This document shows, in pieces, positions 1-31,600 of a stretch of DNA of 64,000 nt. Each line of letters opens with the position of its first letter. Position 1 is the stretch's first letter. Location of the stretch: positions 7,440,001 to 7,504,000 of the forward strand of contig OZ176054.1 in assembly GCA_964247055.1 (NCBI GenBank), given 5' to 3'. The notes under the pieces were generated by a model that saw nothing but the letters and a program-made list of their open reading frames with translations, was not told the DNA's origin and searched no databases. The position numbers were made by a program, and so were the translations under genes. Source of the stretch: Paragordius varius (lineage: Eukaryota > Animalia > Nematomorpha).

Positions 1-1029
1 TTTATATTTTGTCTAAATCAATCGGTGTTTTCTGATTCAGGGGTCACATCCCCCTCTCTAAAATAAAACCATTTATTGGTTATAAAGATTTTCTTTGATT
101 TTTCTGAAATGTCCAAATCATAGTAAAAACAATACAATAAAACAAAAATTTCCTAAATAACTGGAAATCGTTTTCGAAATTACGCCTTTGTATCTGCAAA
201 ACATTTAAAAGCTTTTTAAGGTGGTTTTACATGGTTTAATTTTATCTCGATTCTATATATTTAGTTTTATATTTTATATACGCTAACTGTTGATAATGGT
301 TAGTAAAGGAAAGGTCATGTTATTTATATATTTTAATTGATTGTGTCAAGTATTTAATTATGAAGACATTAAGAGAATTTCATGATAAGACGTGCTTTAT
401 CAAATATGAATAAGCTGTAACTGGTTTTAAGGATAGAGCAGTGGTACTTAAACCGCGGCACACTGGCCGCATGCGGCCGTCAAAATGTCTTTTTAGTGGC
501 CCTAAATTATTTATTAATTTTAATAAACTTATTTTGAGGAAAAATATCCGCAAATGTGTCAAACAACTATGAAATATTTATCAGTATTGGATGGTGTAGG
601 GACCTTCAAATTTTGTTGGGTACAAGTGTGATCTAATATTTTCTGGGCAATAATATGACCTTGAGACGGAATAAAGATTGCGGGAAAAAAAACCGGTGGG
701 ACACTCTTATAATCCAATATTAGTATCTGGTTTGAATCATTTAGCATTCTTAAAAGTTTTACATGGGACAAATTAATCATTTTAACAATACAAGGTGCAA
801 GCTGACCAATTTTTTTATGAGTATACGAAATCACCGCATAGTATTTATTTTCCACCAATATTTATATGTGCGACATTATCGGTTATCATATGTCATAGGA
901 AATCTAACTTTTGGGCTGTTAAGTTTTCATTAGTTCGATTACTTTTGTATTAATAAATCCAGGCTAAAATGATTTAGCAAGTAATTTTGGCATCTTATAG
1001 ATATGGTATATGATGTTTAATTGGTTAAA

Positions 1030-1064
<35 letters not shown>

Positions 1065-1302
1065 CAAATTATTATTGTTTACTCAGCAAACAAATAAACA
1101 TAAGACATGTATATAGGGGGTTACCACCTACATACCTTTAAATATTTTCTTAATATGATCAACTTGTGCCCAAAAATTTTGTTGATAACGTTGCCATTTT
1201 TATTCCAATATTTTGTTGGATTTATTCGATGCAAGAGTAATAATTATTTAAATATAATAATAATCGTAAATTAACTAGTTGAAAAAAATAACTATTTCCT
1301 TT

Positions 1303-4300
1303 AGCAAAGGAGGGATCAGATTCCGAAAGGTTTGAATAAAATCGGATCGAGAACCATCAGCGTTTTTAAAAAGCCGTTTTGGAAAATGGAGAAAAAATTA
1401 ATTTTAGATATCTTATACAAATTATTCGTTTTAATGTTGTTTTTTTTTAAAATTTATCTTAGAATGTCATATATTTTTGGCTTTTATACGAAATATTCCT
1501 GCCAATTTATATAGTTTTTGTGGGTTCTTTTCACACTTTATTATAATATTTTGGCTATTTGTTAATTGTAAAAAAATGGGCTGAAACAATCTGTGTATTG
1601 ATTAAATTTGTGTTTAGTTATTTATTCCAATTATCTGCATAAAATTTTATAACTGTTTTAAAAGTTGCAAAAACCGATTGCGGAATTACTCCATCGCGGC
1701 TTTTTTACATCGTGATAATTCAATTTTAGTCCAGCCTTTATACTTTTAAAATTTATTATCAACCTATTACTCAATATTGTATATAAAAAATTCTCTAGTT
1801 TATATTTCATAGAAGAGCGGGTTAATTTAAAATAGGCGGATTTAAAGATTGGTCAATCGTAAAAAACTACTAAATACATCAATAATATGTTTTTTTAAAT
1901 TACTGCGCATCTTTACAGTATGCATTTTAATTGTTGCTTATTTCACACTATAGTTTGGTAATTCGCAACACAGTAGTTTATGAAAACCACAATAAAATAT
2001 TGAATTATAGGGTAAGAAAGAAAATTGTTTATTCAACAATTTATTGTTTTTTCCATATACTACTGTGTTGCGAAAGTGCCCAACTACAGTGTGACATAAA
2101 CAACCATTAAAATATGCATACTTTATTTTCTAGCATATGCCATATGAAAAATTAAATCTAGGAATATTTTCATTAAGCTTTTTGAAGGTCATCACTGCTA
2201 AATTTAGTTTATAATGTAATTGAAAAGATATATTAAATAAAGGAAAAATATTGTGTGCAATTAAAACAAAGATCAGAACCAGTCCCAAAGGGGATGGGTC
2301 AATCGTCAGGTTGCCAAAAAATCTTTTTATGGAAAATGATTAAGCTTCTGGTTCCATTATTTTTTAGTGTTGTGATTTTGGTGTCACTTTTTATTGATAT
2401 AATATAATTAGTCAAAAAATGTAAAGATATTGTGCCAATCATTAAAAAATTCCAAAAATATATTTATCCATTTTAAACTGTGGTGGTACCTTTTAAAAAT
2501 CTGAGATGATGTTTTTAAAACCATTTTCTGATTCGAAAATTGTAGTTGTCTCTAGCTCCATAAGATTCCGATTTATTTTTTAATTTAACCATAGGAAATA
2601 TTGTCTTAAGTGTATAAAAATACTTTTAATTTTTTATACAAAATACAGATGATGGTGTAAAATGCATAGGCAAATGCCAAGGGCTTAGATTCAATCAACA
2701 GAAAAAAACACATGAATACGTAATTGATTGCATTAAGTGCGAAAATTACACAAACCCATCATTACTTTCTGCTATAAATGCCGTTGGAATGTCTAAATAC
2801 ACAAGAAACCCCTCCTTAAGTATAGTTTGCTTTGTAAATATGTGATTTTTATCATTTATAAGCGACCACAAAATATTAACATATTATAATATGTTACAGA
2901 TTAGAAATAAGTCTCAAAAATTTGGGCGCGATAAAAAACGGATTAATTAGTTATTTTTTTGTTAGCCCGCTGGCTTCCTGTAATTTTATGATTAAAACAT
3001 AAGTCAAAAACTATCTGTAACAAATATCATTTAATTTAACACGGATCGGTTAAAATTTATCATATATTTGATCTAACACTACCGATTACTTACAAAATAA
3101 TTAATATCGCGATCTGAGATTTATAATTAAATTCATAGAATTCACAAAATATTACATAGCAAAGAAATATTATTGGTGTCATATTTTAAAAAATGTGTAT
3201 GTTTCTATATTCGATTCATATTATTTTTGGCCAATCGGAAAAACAGTAGCGCATGGGTACAAAACAACAAACAAATGAAATGGTTGAATTGACAATATTT
3301 CCTATCTTACACCATTAAATTTTATTTAATTATGGACCAAATTTATATTATACGGACAAGATTTTAACATAAATAATTATAATCTTTTTTGACACATTAT
3401 AGTAAGGCAATTTGCAACACACAGTAGTGTATGTAAAAAAACAACAAAATGTGAAATAAACAAATATTTTCTTACTTTTTTCCATACACTCCTGAGTTGC
3501 AAATTGATTGCCCTACTATAGCATGTGAAATAAGCTACGCTATAGAACCAATTGGCCAACAATATGAATTGACCAACATTAATGTACAAATACTAATAAA
3601 CATGTTAAATAGAGCCGCTTCAATGCTAAGTTATAGGGTTACAGATTGGATTATTAATTATTTCCCCATGAATATTTTAATAAACGCTATTAGAATAAAT
3701 AAAAGTTAATATAAGGATCTTTGATATACCAATCTTAAGTTTCAATCATTTCCATTTTGGGGGCCTGTATAAAAGTATATTTTCAATTTTTGTTAAATAT
3801 TAAGCAAAGTGTAGCTTTGAAATCTTATTTCGAATATTTTCAATTAAATGAAATGAGCTTTTGATATACTAAAATATATATTGTCTCATATCAACTATAA
3901 TGATACAATATTTTATACCCTCAGGAACATGGCAATGCCGACGTGATTGTTCACAACAAGCATACAAAATAAGTTATGAAGAATTTATAAAATGTTTAAA
4001 ATACCAATGTAACTATCCAAATAATAAATGATATAAAATAAATGTGAATTAATATAAGTATAAATATAACACAGGTATATTCAACTGACTAAATTGACAA
4101 TAAATTTCTCATAAGGTCTTTCTTTGAAATCGCCATAAGGATTAAACCGAAGGAAAAACCGGCTGGTTGTTTAATAAAAGCGAAATTTTCATTAATGTTC
4201 ATAATTTTCGCCAACATTTCCCCCCCATTGCATCGGACTATTTTTTCCCTGAAGTATAAATTTGGTTAAATAATACAACAAAAAGGCCATAAAATGCATA

Positions 4301-6763
4301 TTTTCAATATTTATAGTTATAACCGTTTAAAATCTTAGACATAAAATTGAATGCTATATAAATGAAAATAAGGCATAACACTGCTCAACAAGGTTTTGCA
4401 CCACCCCATTATTTTTGCATTTTCTGATACCTAATGGCATGGAAAGACCAAAACAAAAAGGAAAATTGAGGCCACCAATAGGATTTTTCCGAAATTTAAT
4501 TTTTAATTTTGTATTTAATGTAAAAATAACAATCTTTCCTCGTGTATATATGTTTACATATTCAAACGAACAAATCGATACAAGTAATATTCCATGCATG
4601 AATAACAAAATTCTAGGCATTAAATAAGATACTAAACAAACTAAGAGCCAAAGTATTAAAAATCTAAAAGGGGCTTATATATAGTGTGATAGATATGGGC
4701 GGCTGCACAAGCTCTGCATATCCCCCATGCGATCCAATTATGCCAGATATGGCAAAGATAACAATAAGTAATCTTAAAGCCCGATAAGAGAGACTTGCAA
4801 GCAAAATCCAGGCAAATTGACATGTCAAATTAACCAATTCACAGAATAAAGTTAGATAAATTCTACAATTAAATTGAATAAAAAAATTAGGTAAATACAA
4901 ATGGTCCAATCCCATAATAGTAAATTCTACTAAAAGTGGCTACACAACATCCATCTGAAATTAAACAACCAATAATTTTAAAAAATAAAGTATATCCACT
5001 AGATATAAATAAAGGATTTTTTGTAAGAACCAACTCAAGAAAAAAAGCCTAATAAGTACTCGAACGAAAACTAACAAAAAAAATATAGCCTATCTAAAAG
5101 CCGAAGGTTTCATAGAATGCCTTTTTTAGTATTTTTTAAAAAAAATTTTATACGTATTAAAAATTCACTTGAAAGAAAAGGACTAAATTTTGACGTTTAA
5201 GTCCGTACTATTTTTTTCTCTCTGATATTTAAATGACATATTTATATTCAAAAGATGGAGTTTAAAACGCTTTATTAAATGATATTAAGTTTATAATATA
5301 ATAACATTTTATTATAAAGTTATATTTAATTTTCTCTCGATTTTCTCCTGTTTTTAAAAAATTGAAAAACCTATAATATTTCAAAATTCTGATTGGCGGG
5401 ATCAAAAATTTTTTGACATTCGGTTTTAAAACACGAAATTAGTCATAGTTTAAAAGTTTGAGTGGTGGTGCTCAAAAATATCCAAATTTGTCGACTAGTG
5501 TAATTTAAAAAATCAAAAATAAATGTTATTGAATAATTTTTTTGTAACTGTTTTACCATAGAATAAGACGTTGTGGCTAAAAGGCTGTAAACCATTTCAA
5601 CAATATATTGCTTAATGCCGGGAAGAATTATTGTTTAATACATTAATTTAGCTAGTTATTAATTATTGCCAAATAGCATATGCAGCAAAGTGAATTATTA
5701 TTGGCTAATAATAGTAAAAAACGAAAAAAATAATAATGCCAATAATACTTCCCTTTGTATAGGTTATTTGGCATGTTTAATGTAAAAAAATTGAATGAAG
5801 CATTTAATAGCTATTAGTAAAAAAATTTTTTTAGAATATGCTCTAATTTTGCTATTATTTAATATGACAAAATTGCCATAAATGTAATAAATATGTTCGC
5901 AAATATTCATAGAGCCCAAAATTAACACCATTAGAATTTTAAAACACATTTCTATTATGATATTTTTTCGCGCACAGTGTGTATGTAAAAATTGCTTTTT
6001 GTTTATCTTTGATTAAATCAACAAATGAATGAAGATTTTGGGTTATTTTAGGGCAAATAATCCCCTCTCCACCCATTATTGCACATTGTGGTATTAAACA
6101 TAACAATTTCTAATAAGTTAAATAAATGTGAAATACAAAGCTTTTTTGTCCAACATTCCAATATTAACAATGTTTAAGAAATAAAATACAAAACATTTTT
6201 AGTTCAAATATTGGGATCGCTGGTTATAAAAAAATTATAAAACATATACTGTTATATACTATTGCTCACTATATATTTATTGCCTTAATATTAAAAAAAA
6301 TCCACTTTTTAATTCTAATCCACATATTCTCCAAACGTATTTTGAATCGCAAAATTTTGCTATGTTTAGCAACACCATAAAAGAAACGAAAACTATCATA
6401 AATTGTGAACATCATTTTGTTAAATGTAGATTTGTAGGGTAATATAATATATTTTCATATAGAATCATAAAATAGATGAGAAATATTTACGTCAAGTAAA
6501 TCGTTTTGAAGTTTTATGGATTTATAGACATATTATAATTTTAATATAATCATCATATAGAGAAATCTATTTTTTGATTGATTAGATTTGTCTAATGAAA
6601 AACATGTTAATTATTTTATTTGCAAATAATTATATATACCCATTTCTCACGCATTTTACATGATATATCATTTAATCGCGTTACAATTATTAAATTAATT
6701 GATTGTTTTTTATTTTCAGAAAGGATACTTGACAGCCCTAGGTCACAAATAGCACCGCAATAA
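1303..6763 (+). CDS. Unassigned candidate exon chain (small Cys-containing protein)
   Basis: AG/GT-flanked open segments 1303-1328, 2271-2308, 2649-2819 (DGVKCIGKCQG...DCIKCENY...SAINAVGMSKY), 3925-3972 (TWQCRRDCSQQAYK) and 6720-6763 (RILDSPRSQIAPQ*) join in frame. No family recognised; only 2649-2819 (57 open codons, phase 1-1) is reasonably supported. Confidence 0.25.
1916..2123. mobile_element. Tc1/mariner-type MITE family A copy (a partial copy also lies near 3400-3540)
   Basis: TA|CAGTATGCATTTTAATTGTTGCTTATTTCACACTATAG ... CAACCATTAAAATATGCATACT. Confidence 0.8.
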
Positions 6764-6869
6764 TTTTTTTGTTTTCGAATAAAAGGTTTTCAAAGCAGAG
6801 AAAGAATATTTTGTTATTTTTTTGCTTTTTTAGTGTTAGCCTGATGCAAGTTTCTTGCCATTTTGTCCA

Positions 6870-7120
6870 AAGTGTCCGATTATTGTACAAAATGTGGGAA
6901 TTCACACCTACAATATCAATAATATTGAAAAACAGTCGATATAGCTATCGCAATGTTGTTCGCCATGTAGTTTAATACTTGACATTTTAGTAGTTTCACA
7001 AAAATTAGTATTATCATAAAATCAATAACATTCGTAAGTTTGTGGCAATTTCTTTAGTCACCCCCTCATAGTGCATAGAGTACTCAATACAATACGGGAA
7101 TTTTTTTCTTCTTGGTGAAG
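6870..7120 (-). pseudogene. Second, more degraded piggyBac transposase relic, inverted relative to 7534-7792
   Basis: The reverse complement aligns by eye to 7590-7750 (e.g. gtcaagtatta...acaacattgcgat...ctgtttttcaatattattga...cccacattttgtacaat) and reads VLSTL...NVKY*TTWRTTLR*LYRLFFNIIDIVGVNSHILY. Confidence 0.75.
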
Positions 7121-7533
7121 TTTCATTTCTCGATACTCTTTCAGCCACAATATCCAAATTATTTACCAGCAAATATTTTTAAAGGTGCATTTTCCGAAGA
7201 AATATAAAATCTCAAAAATAAAGAGTAATCCAGTAAATAATTTAAAATATTTTTGGCGCTATGAAAGGAATGAAAATTTGTTTTCATAAATAATATTAGA
7301 TTAATTATAATTTTCTAAGAAGAAGCATAAATTTAGATTGCAATCTGTCCCATCAAGTAGCTTTTTAAAACAAGTAATCCATATGGTGTGTGGTCTCTAA
7401 TCCCAATTTAGAATAAAGGATCAAACAAGCGATATACTTAATAATTTCATTTAGAACAGCAAGAACAAACTTTATGTTTCAGTTCATAAATTCAATGAAT
7501 TAAGGAGAATGAGAAAAAACAATCTACGTATAA

Positions 7534-7792
7534 AGTAGCATGCGCCACGAGGCGGTCATTAAAGAAAATGCCAAAAGACTTTTCGGAGATCATTAATTTT
7601 TATAATAATACTAAATTTGGTGTCGATGACCAAAATGTCAAGTATTACATCACACGGCGTACAACATTGCGATGGCCATTACGCCTGTTTTTCAATATTA
7701 TTGACATTGCAGGCGTAAATGCCCACATTTTATACAATGATAATCGGACATATAAACTGTCGCGACGATTATTTTTGGATGAAAAAAGTTAA
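7534..7792 (+). pseudogene. piggyBac (PGBD4-like) transposase relic, C-terminal DDD region
   Basis: SSMRHEAVIKENAKRL/(frameshift)EIINFYNNTKFGVDDQNVKYYITRRTTLRWPLRLFFNIIDIAGVNAHILY matches the piggyBac LSxMH...EIIxxYNxTKxGVD...RRTxRWP...DxAxxNAxIxY pattern. Confidence 0.85.
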
Positions 7793-8677
7793 CTTGCCTC
7801 AACGCTACAACAAAAAACAAGAAATTATAATAAAATCTTCCTTTTCGGCTTAAGAAACGTTAGATGAGTATAAAATTATTTGCAAATAAAATAAAAAACA
7901 TGTTCGATATTATTAAAGTTTTTCTAAACTTGGGCACGTAACTTAGGGAGTTTATTATTTTTATCTGTAAGTGTTAATCAATAAACTCATTATAAATTAA
8001 TTTATATGAACTAAGGCCAAAAAACCTCAAAACGATCTATGGAAAATAAATTTATATTAAGTGTTAGTGACTAATTAGAGAAAATATGTGTAGTTATTAG
8101 ATATGAATTATATCTAGCGTCAATTATATATTCGGCAGTTCGTGGATCATATTAAAGGAATCCATTTGAGAAATTACCCGCTCGTAAAAACCCATTTTTA
8201 CGAAACCAACTTGAATCACACTAAAAAAAGAACAAATTCATGTTTGTCTGGAGAATAAAATTTAAAGCAGCATTTTCCTAAAATTATAAAAATAATACCC
8301 TTAAAACCTGGACATACTTCATCAATTTAGGTTTGATCCAAAATTAATAGATTTCTTATACAAATTTCATATATGGTTACACCTTTGTCAAAAAACTCTT
8401 GTGCCTTGTTACTTTATCAAATCGGAGTACATAAACATTAAATTCCTCAGGACTAGATTAATTGGTTTTTTGTGTTTTATAATTTGTAATGGAAAAAGTG
8501 GTGGAGGATGATGGATTATGGCTCCCGGAAATTATTTTTAATTTGGGTCAGATGTTTAAAACCATACGAACAATCTTGAATACTATTATAAATTTAACTT
8601 TTTCGAATATGTATCAATCAGTGATTGGATAAATCAATAAGTTTGTACAGGACCTTTTAAAAATATTTTGTTAGTAA

Positions 8678-9295
8678 CATTTCGATTCAAAGTGGGATAT
8701 CTAAATACCCCATTCTAATTTGAGTTAGGAAAAAACTACTGTAGGAAACGGTCCCATTTATGCGTCCCTAAAAAAATTATATAAATATCCAAAATATCTA
8801 AATAAAATTTTGTTTTGAAAAAAAAATTCCATGTCAAACTACTTCGAAGCCATTTTTATTTTACAATTTTTTGCAAAATATTGTCATTTAATTTTAAGGG
8901 TATTAAAGCTAATTTTTTATATAAATTACATCTAACATTGATAGTAATAGAAAAAGCGGTTTATTTTGTATTATTTTTTAATTTTACCATTTCACACATG
9001 GCACGTTGACAAAATTTTTTCCTTTCGGTTTTATCTTAAAATATGCAATATCAAATATTTTTGAAATAAAATTTTTATTTTCGGTTTATTAATGTTATAT
9101 AAGAGCAAAATTTTTCCATGGTTTCGATTCCTTCCATATTTTTAAAAGAATTTAATTTTAAACATTTGGGTATTTAACTACCCCAATTGGAATCGAAGGA
9201 CTAAAATGAATATTTGATCCAAGTGTTAAACAGGCCTGTATTTAACTACCCCAATTTAATTCGAAGAACGGAAATGAATATGTTGTAAACAAGTG
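8678..9295 (+). mobile_element. piggyBac-like MITE family 1 copy (8678-9225) with a tandemly repeated right end (to 9295)
   Basis: Same internal sequence (ggaaacggtccca, gtcaaactacttcga.gccattttt, gaaaaagcggtttattttg); ends AAGTG-TTAA, followed by a second copy of the last ~70 bp. Confidence 0.85.
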
Positions 9296-9723
9296 TTAGA
9301 TAAGAGTTTTTTGGGAAAATTTAAGTGCTTCATTCCAAAATATGTCATAAATATATAATAAATAAGAAAAGCAAAGCAATATTTATTATTTTAAATTATA
9401 GATAAAACCTTTAAATGTCTCAAATTTTTTGACTCATCCTGAATGGCTAAATTTTCATATCGAAAAATGTTCTTCTCAAAAAAACTTTGAAATTTTTTTT
9501 GAAGCGTACTTCATAATATTTTGAGACATAATGGAAGCGGAATATAAACGCTTGAAGATAATATACTGTTTAATAAGAGAATTAATTATCTTTTAAAAAG
9601 GTGAAAAAATTATGACTTTCGGAACCTATATCCAAAAATCAAAAAATGTTATCCTTATATATGTAGTTCATTATATATTTAATTGATATTTCTAATAAGA
9701 CATTTAGTTTTTCCCAAAATTAA

Positions 9724-10984
9724 CCCTTCGTTCAAATTGGGGTATCTAAATACCCCAGACTAAATTTAAATTGAAATTTTTAAAAAACCACTAAAGGAAA
9801 CGGTTGCAATTTAAATTTATGCTTCTATCCCGATAAATATTATATAAATATGCCAAAATATGTTGATAAAATTTTGTTTTGAAAAAAAAGTTCCATCTCA
9901 AACTACTTCGACGCCATTTTTTTTACAAAAATTTTGCAAAATATCAAATGGAATATTTTAAAAAACTACTGAAAAAATGCTAAAACTCATTCTACTTGAA
10001 AATCATAAAACCAAATATCTAAATAAAATTTAGTTGTTCCGTATCAAACTACTTGGACATTTTCATATTTTGAAAAATATCGTGTTTATTTGATTATAAG
10101 CCTAAAGCTTAGTTTACTTTTCTATTAAAATCGCATTTTACATTGATAAAAGAAAAAGTAGAATATTTTGCATCTATTTATATTTAGCTTGCGCACACTT
10201 GTATATTGACTAAATTTTTACCTTTGGTTTCATATTCTATAATATCAAGTATTTTTGGATGATTTTTATAATATTTCGGTTCATTAATGTTATATAGTGC
10301 ATACTTTTGTCACAATTTCAATTTATCCCATATTTTTTGAAATATTTAACACTTGGATAAAAGATATTCATTTTAATCCTTCGATTCAAATTGAATTATT
10401 TGAATACCCATACCTGTTTAATATATAATTTAAAAAATATAGAAGGAATCAAATCATGGCAAAATTTTGAACTAATAAAACATTGGTAAACCGAAATTTA
10501 TAAAAAATTTTATTCAAAAATACTTGATATGTCTTTTTTTATTGTAAAATTCAAAGGTAAATATTTAGTCATTGTAACATATGTCCATTGGCTAAATTGA
10601 ATCATAATACAAAATAAACCGCTTTTTCCATCAATGTTAGTGATTTAATTAAAATTAGCTTTGATTTTACCGTTAGAATCCAATATACACGATATTTTGC
10701 AAAATTTTTGTAAAATTAAAATGGCGTCCAAGTAGTTTGACATGGAACTTTTTTTCTAAACGAAATTTTATTTGGATATTTTGGCATTTTTATATAATTT
10801 TTATTAGGATAGAAGCAAAAATTTAAATTGGGACTGTTTCCTTTAGTAGTTTATTAGAATTATTAATTTAAATTTGGTCTGGCGTATTTAGATATCCCAA
10901 TTTAAATCGAAGTGTTAATTTTAAACAAGCCTGTGGTGTGCCCAATTTGAATCAAAGTATATAAATGAATCGTGTTTCCAAGTG
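9724..10984. mobile_element. Nested family 1 MITEs: forward host (9724-10349 + 10915-10984) interrupted by a reverse copy (10350-10914)
   Basis: The inserted copy is flanked by TTAA at 10346-10349 and 10915-10918; the host sequence resumes exactly (...ttttaaacaagcct...ccaagtg). Confidence 0.88.
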
Positions 10985-11155
10985 ATAAGGGCCACATCAA
11001 CAAGATTATCCTATTTGAATATAATTGGAAATATATTTTTTAAATAGCTTTTTATAATTCAAATTTTTAACAATGCCTTCACCTTTCTCGTACAACACCA
11101 TATGAACAATAAAAAATCTAGGAAAAAGCCGGTATTTTGTCGTCTAATACGGTAG

Positions 11156-11377
11156 AGAGAATCCAAAAAATTCAAGCAGAGAAAAGAAGAAAAGCGTCAG
11201 AAATATGAAGCAAAAAGAATTGCCAAAGAAGCAGCGGCTAAAGCTTACAAAGCTAAAAAAATAAATAATTTTAAAAAGATTGCTCAAAAAACAAAAAAAG
11301 GACAACCGAATTTAAACTCGCAAGTCGGAATATTATTGAACAAGTTGCAAAACAGTTTAACAAATAAACCATCATAA
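11156..11377 (+). CDS. CCDC59: CCDC59/TAP26-like (Fyv7 rRNA-processing family) C-terminal exon or pseudogene fragment
   Basis: Frame reads RESKKFKQRKEEKRQKYEAKRIAKEAAAKAYKAKKINNFKKIAQKTKKGQPNLNSQVGILLNKLQNSLTNKPS*. KTKKGQPNLNxQxxxLLxKxQ matches the CCDC59 C-terminus as I recall it. It is preceded by an in-frame TAG (11153-11155) that may be a splice acceptor. The 5' part of the gene is unresolved. Confidence 0.7.
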   Translation, partial: RESKKFKQRKEEKRQKYEAKRIAKEAAAKAYKAKKINNFKKIAQKTKKGQPNLNSQVGILLNKLQNSLTNKPS

Positions 11378-11497
11378 TAAACAATTGATTCATTTATTAC
11401 TTGAAGCATATAAATGCGCATTCTATAAGCGGCATATCAAAAAATTATAAATATAAAAATATGAGTATTGTATAACATGACAAAATTAAAATTTCAA

Positions 11498-29867
<18,370 letters not shown>

Positions 29868-30482
29868 CTTCAATATATTCTTAAAATATATAAAAAAATA
29901 CCGATACTATGCGTAATTAGGCTAAGATATTGAAAGGGTATCAAAAACCCTAAAAGTAAAAACCACATATTTTAGCATATGGGAGTCACATTGTCAAACG
30001 CAAAAAATGATTTTGGGATGTGATAAAAATTGTTTGAATTTATTTTAGTTTGCTAATCATAATATTTTCTTTCACCAATCGTAAAAAAAACTGATGAAAT
30101 TTGGTAAGCCTTGTTTTTATCTTTTTTATTATATAAAGTCTTATTAGATTAGCCTCGCCGGTGCCACAGGGCGCTACTCTTAATTAACTTTAATATTTGG
30201 GGTAAAAAAAATTGGAATAATTTATTCGAGAGTGAGCACTGAATGTTTGTGGATTATATTAATATATGTAAAAAATAAAAACACTATGATTTTCTAGTCT
30301 TTGGTTTTGGTTCCCTTATCCAATTAAAACAAAAGCGGATTTTAAAAATCAATAATTAGCCGAACTTGGCTATCATAACCTAATTTACTCCGTAATTTTT
30401 TTGAAAGTGCTTTTATCTTCAACTATTTACGGTTATTCACCTTATATACTTTGGGTTAGCTTTCTATCGCGCGTGGATTTAA

Positions 30483-31600
30483 CACTTAGATACAACACAT
30501 TTCAGTACTTCGATTCAAATTGGGGTAGTTAGATACCCAATGCCTGTTTAAAATTAAATACTTTAAAAAATATGGAGGAATCAAAATTATGGTAAAATTT
30601 TGCACTTATAAATCATTAATATACCGAAATACATAAAAGATTTTATTAAAATTTGATTTTACTAAGCTAAAACCCAAAAGTAAATATAAAGTCAGCGCGA
30701 CATGTCTGCAATAATAAAATTTAAAAATAGTAATCTAAACCACTTTTTTATTTCTATCCATGTTAGATATAATTTAGCACTTCGATTCGAATTGGGGTAT
30801 CTAAATACCCCAGACTATATCAAATTTGATATTTTAAAAAACTACTGAAGGAAACGGTCCCAATTTAAATTTATGCTCCTAATAAAAAATATATAAATAA
30901 GTTGAAATAACTAAATAAAATTTTGTTTTGGAAAAAAAATTCATGTCAAACTACTTGGACGCCATTTTTGTTTCACAAAATTTTTGCAAAATATCGTTTT
31001 TATATAATATTAAAGCTAAATCAAACTAATTCTTTATTTAATTACATCTAACATTAATGTAAACAGAAAAAATGGTTTTATTTGTATTATTTTTTAATTA
31101 AGGTAATAGACACATGTCATGTTGACTAAATTTTTACCTTAAGGTTTCACCTTAAAATAATTAATAACAAGTTTTTTTGAATGAATTATTTTATATATTT
31201 TGGTTCATCAATGTTATATGAGTGCAAAATATTGCCATGTTTTTGATGCATTCCATATTTTTTTATTTAATTTTAAACAGGCCTGGGGTATCCAACTAAC
31301 CCAATTTGAATCGAAGGACTGAAATGAATGTGTTGTATCCAAGTGATAAATAAATAATTAGCTTTAATATTACCCTTAAAATTACAAGAAGATGAAATTT
31401 TGCATAAATTTTGAAAAATAAAATGAGTTTGAAAAAATTTTTTTCAAAACGAAATTTTATTTAGGTATTATGGCTTAATTATATAATTTTTATTAGAAGA
31501 GAAACATAAATTTAAATTAAGACCGTTTTTTTCAGTATTTTTTATATAATATTAACTTTAATTTATTCTGGGGTAAATACCCCAACATGGGGTATTTAGC
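30483..31600. mobile_element. Nested family 1 MITEs: reverse host interrupted by a forward copy (30778-31345)
   Basis: The host begins TTAA-CACTT at 30483 and breaks after gttagatataat. The insert runs CACTTCGATTC...CCAAGTG with degenerate TTAG/ATAA flanks. The host resumes with agctttaatattacccttaaaa; its far end is approximate. Confidence 0.8.

Noticed and set aside
8815-9009. 64-aa ORF
   Set aside because: Lies wholly inside a family 1 MITE; other copies do not keep the frame.
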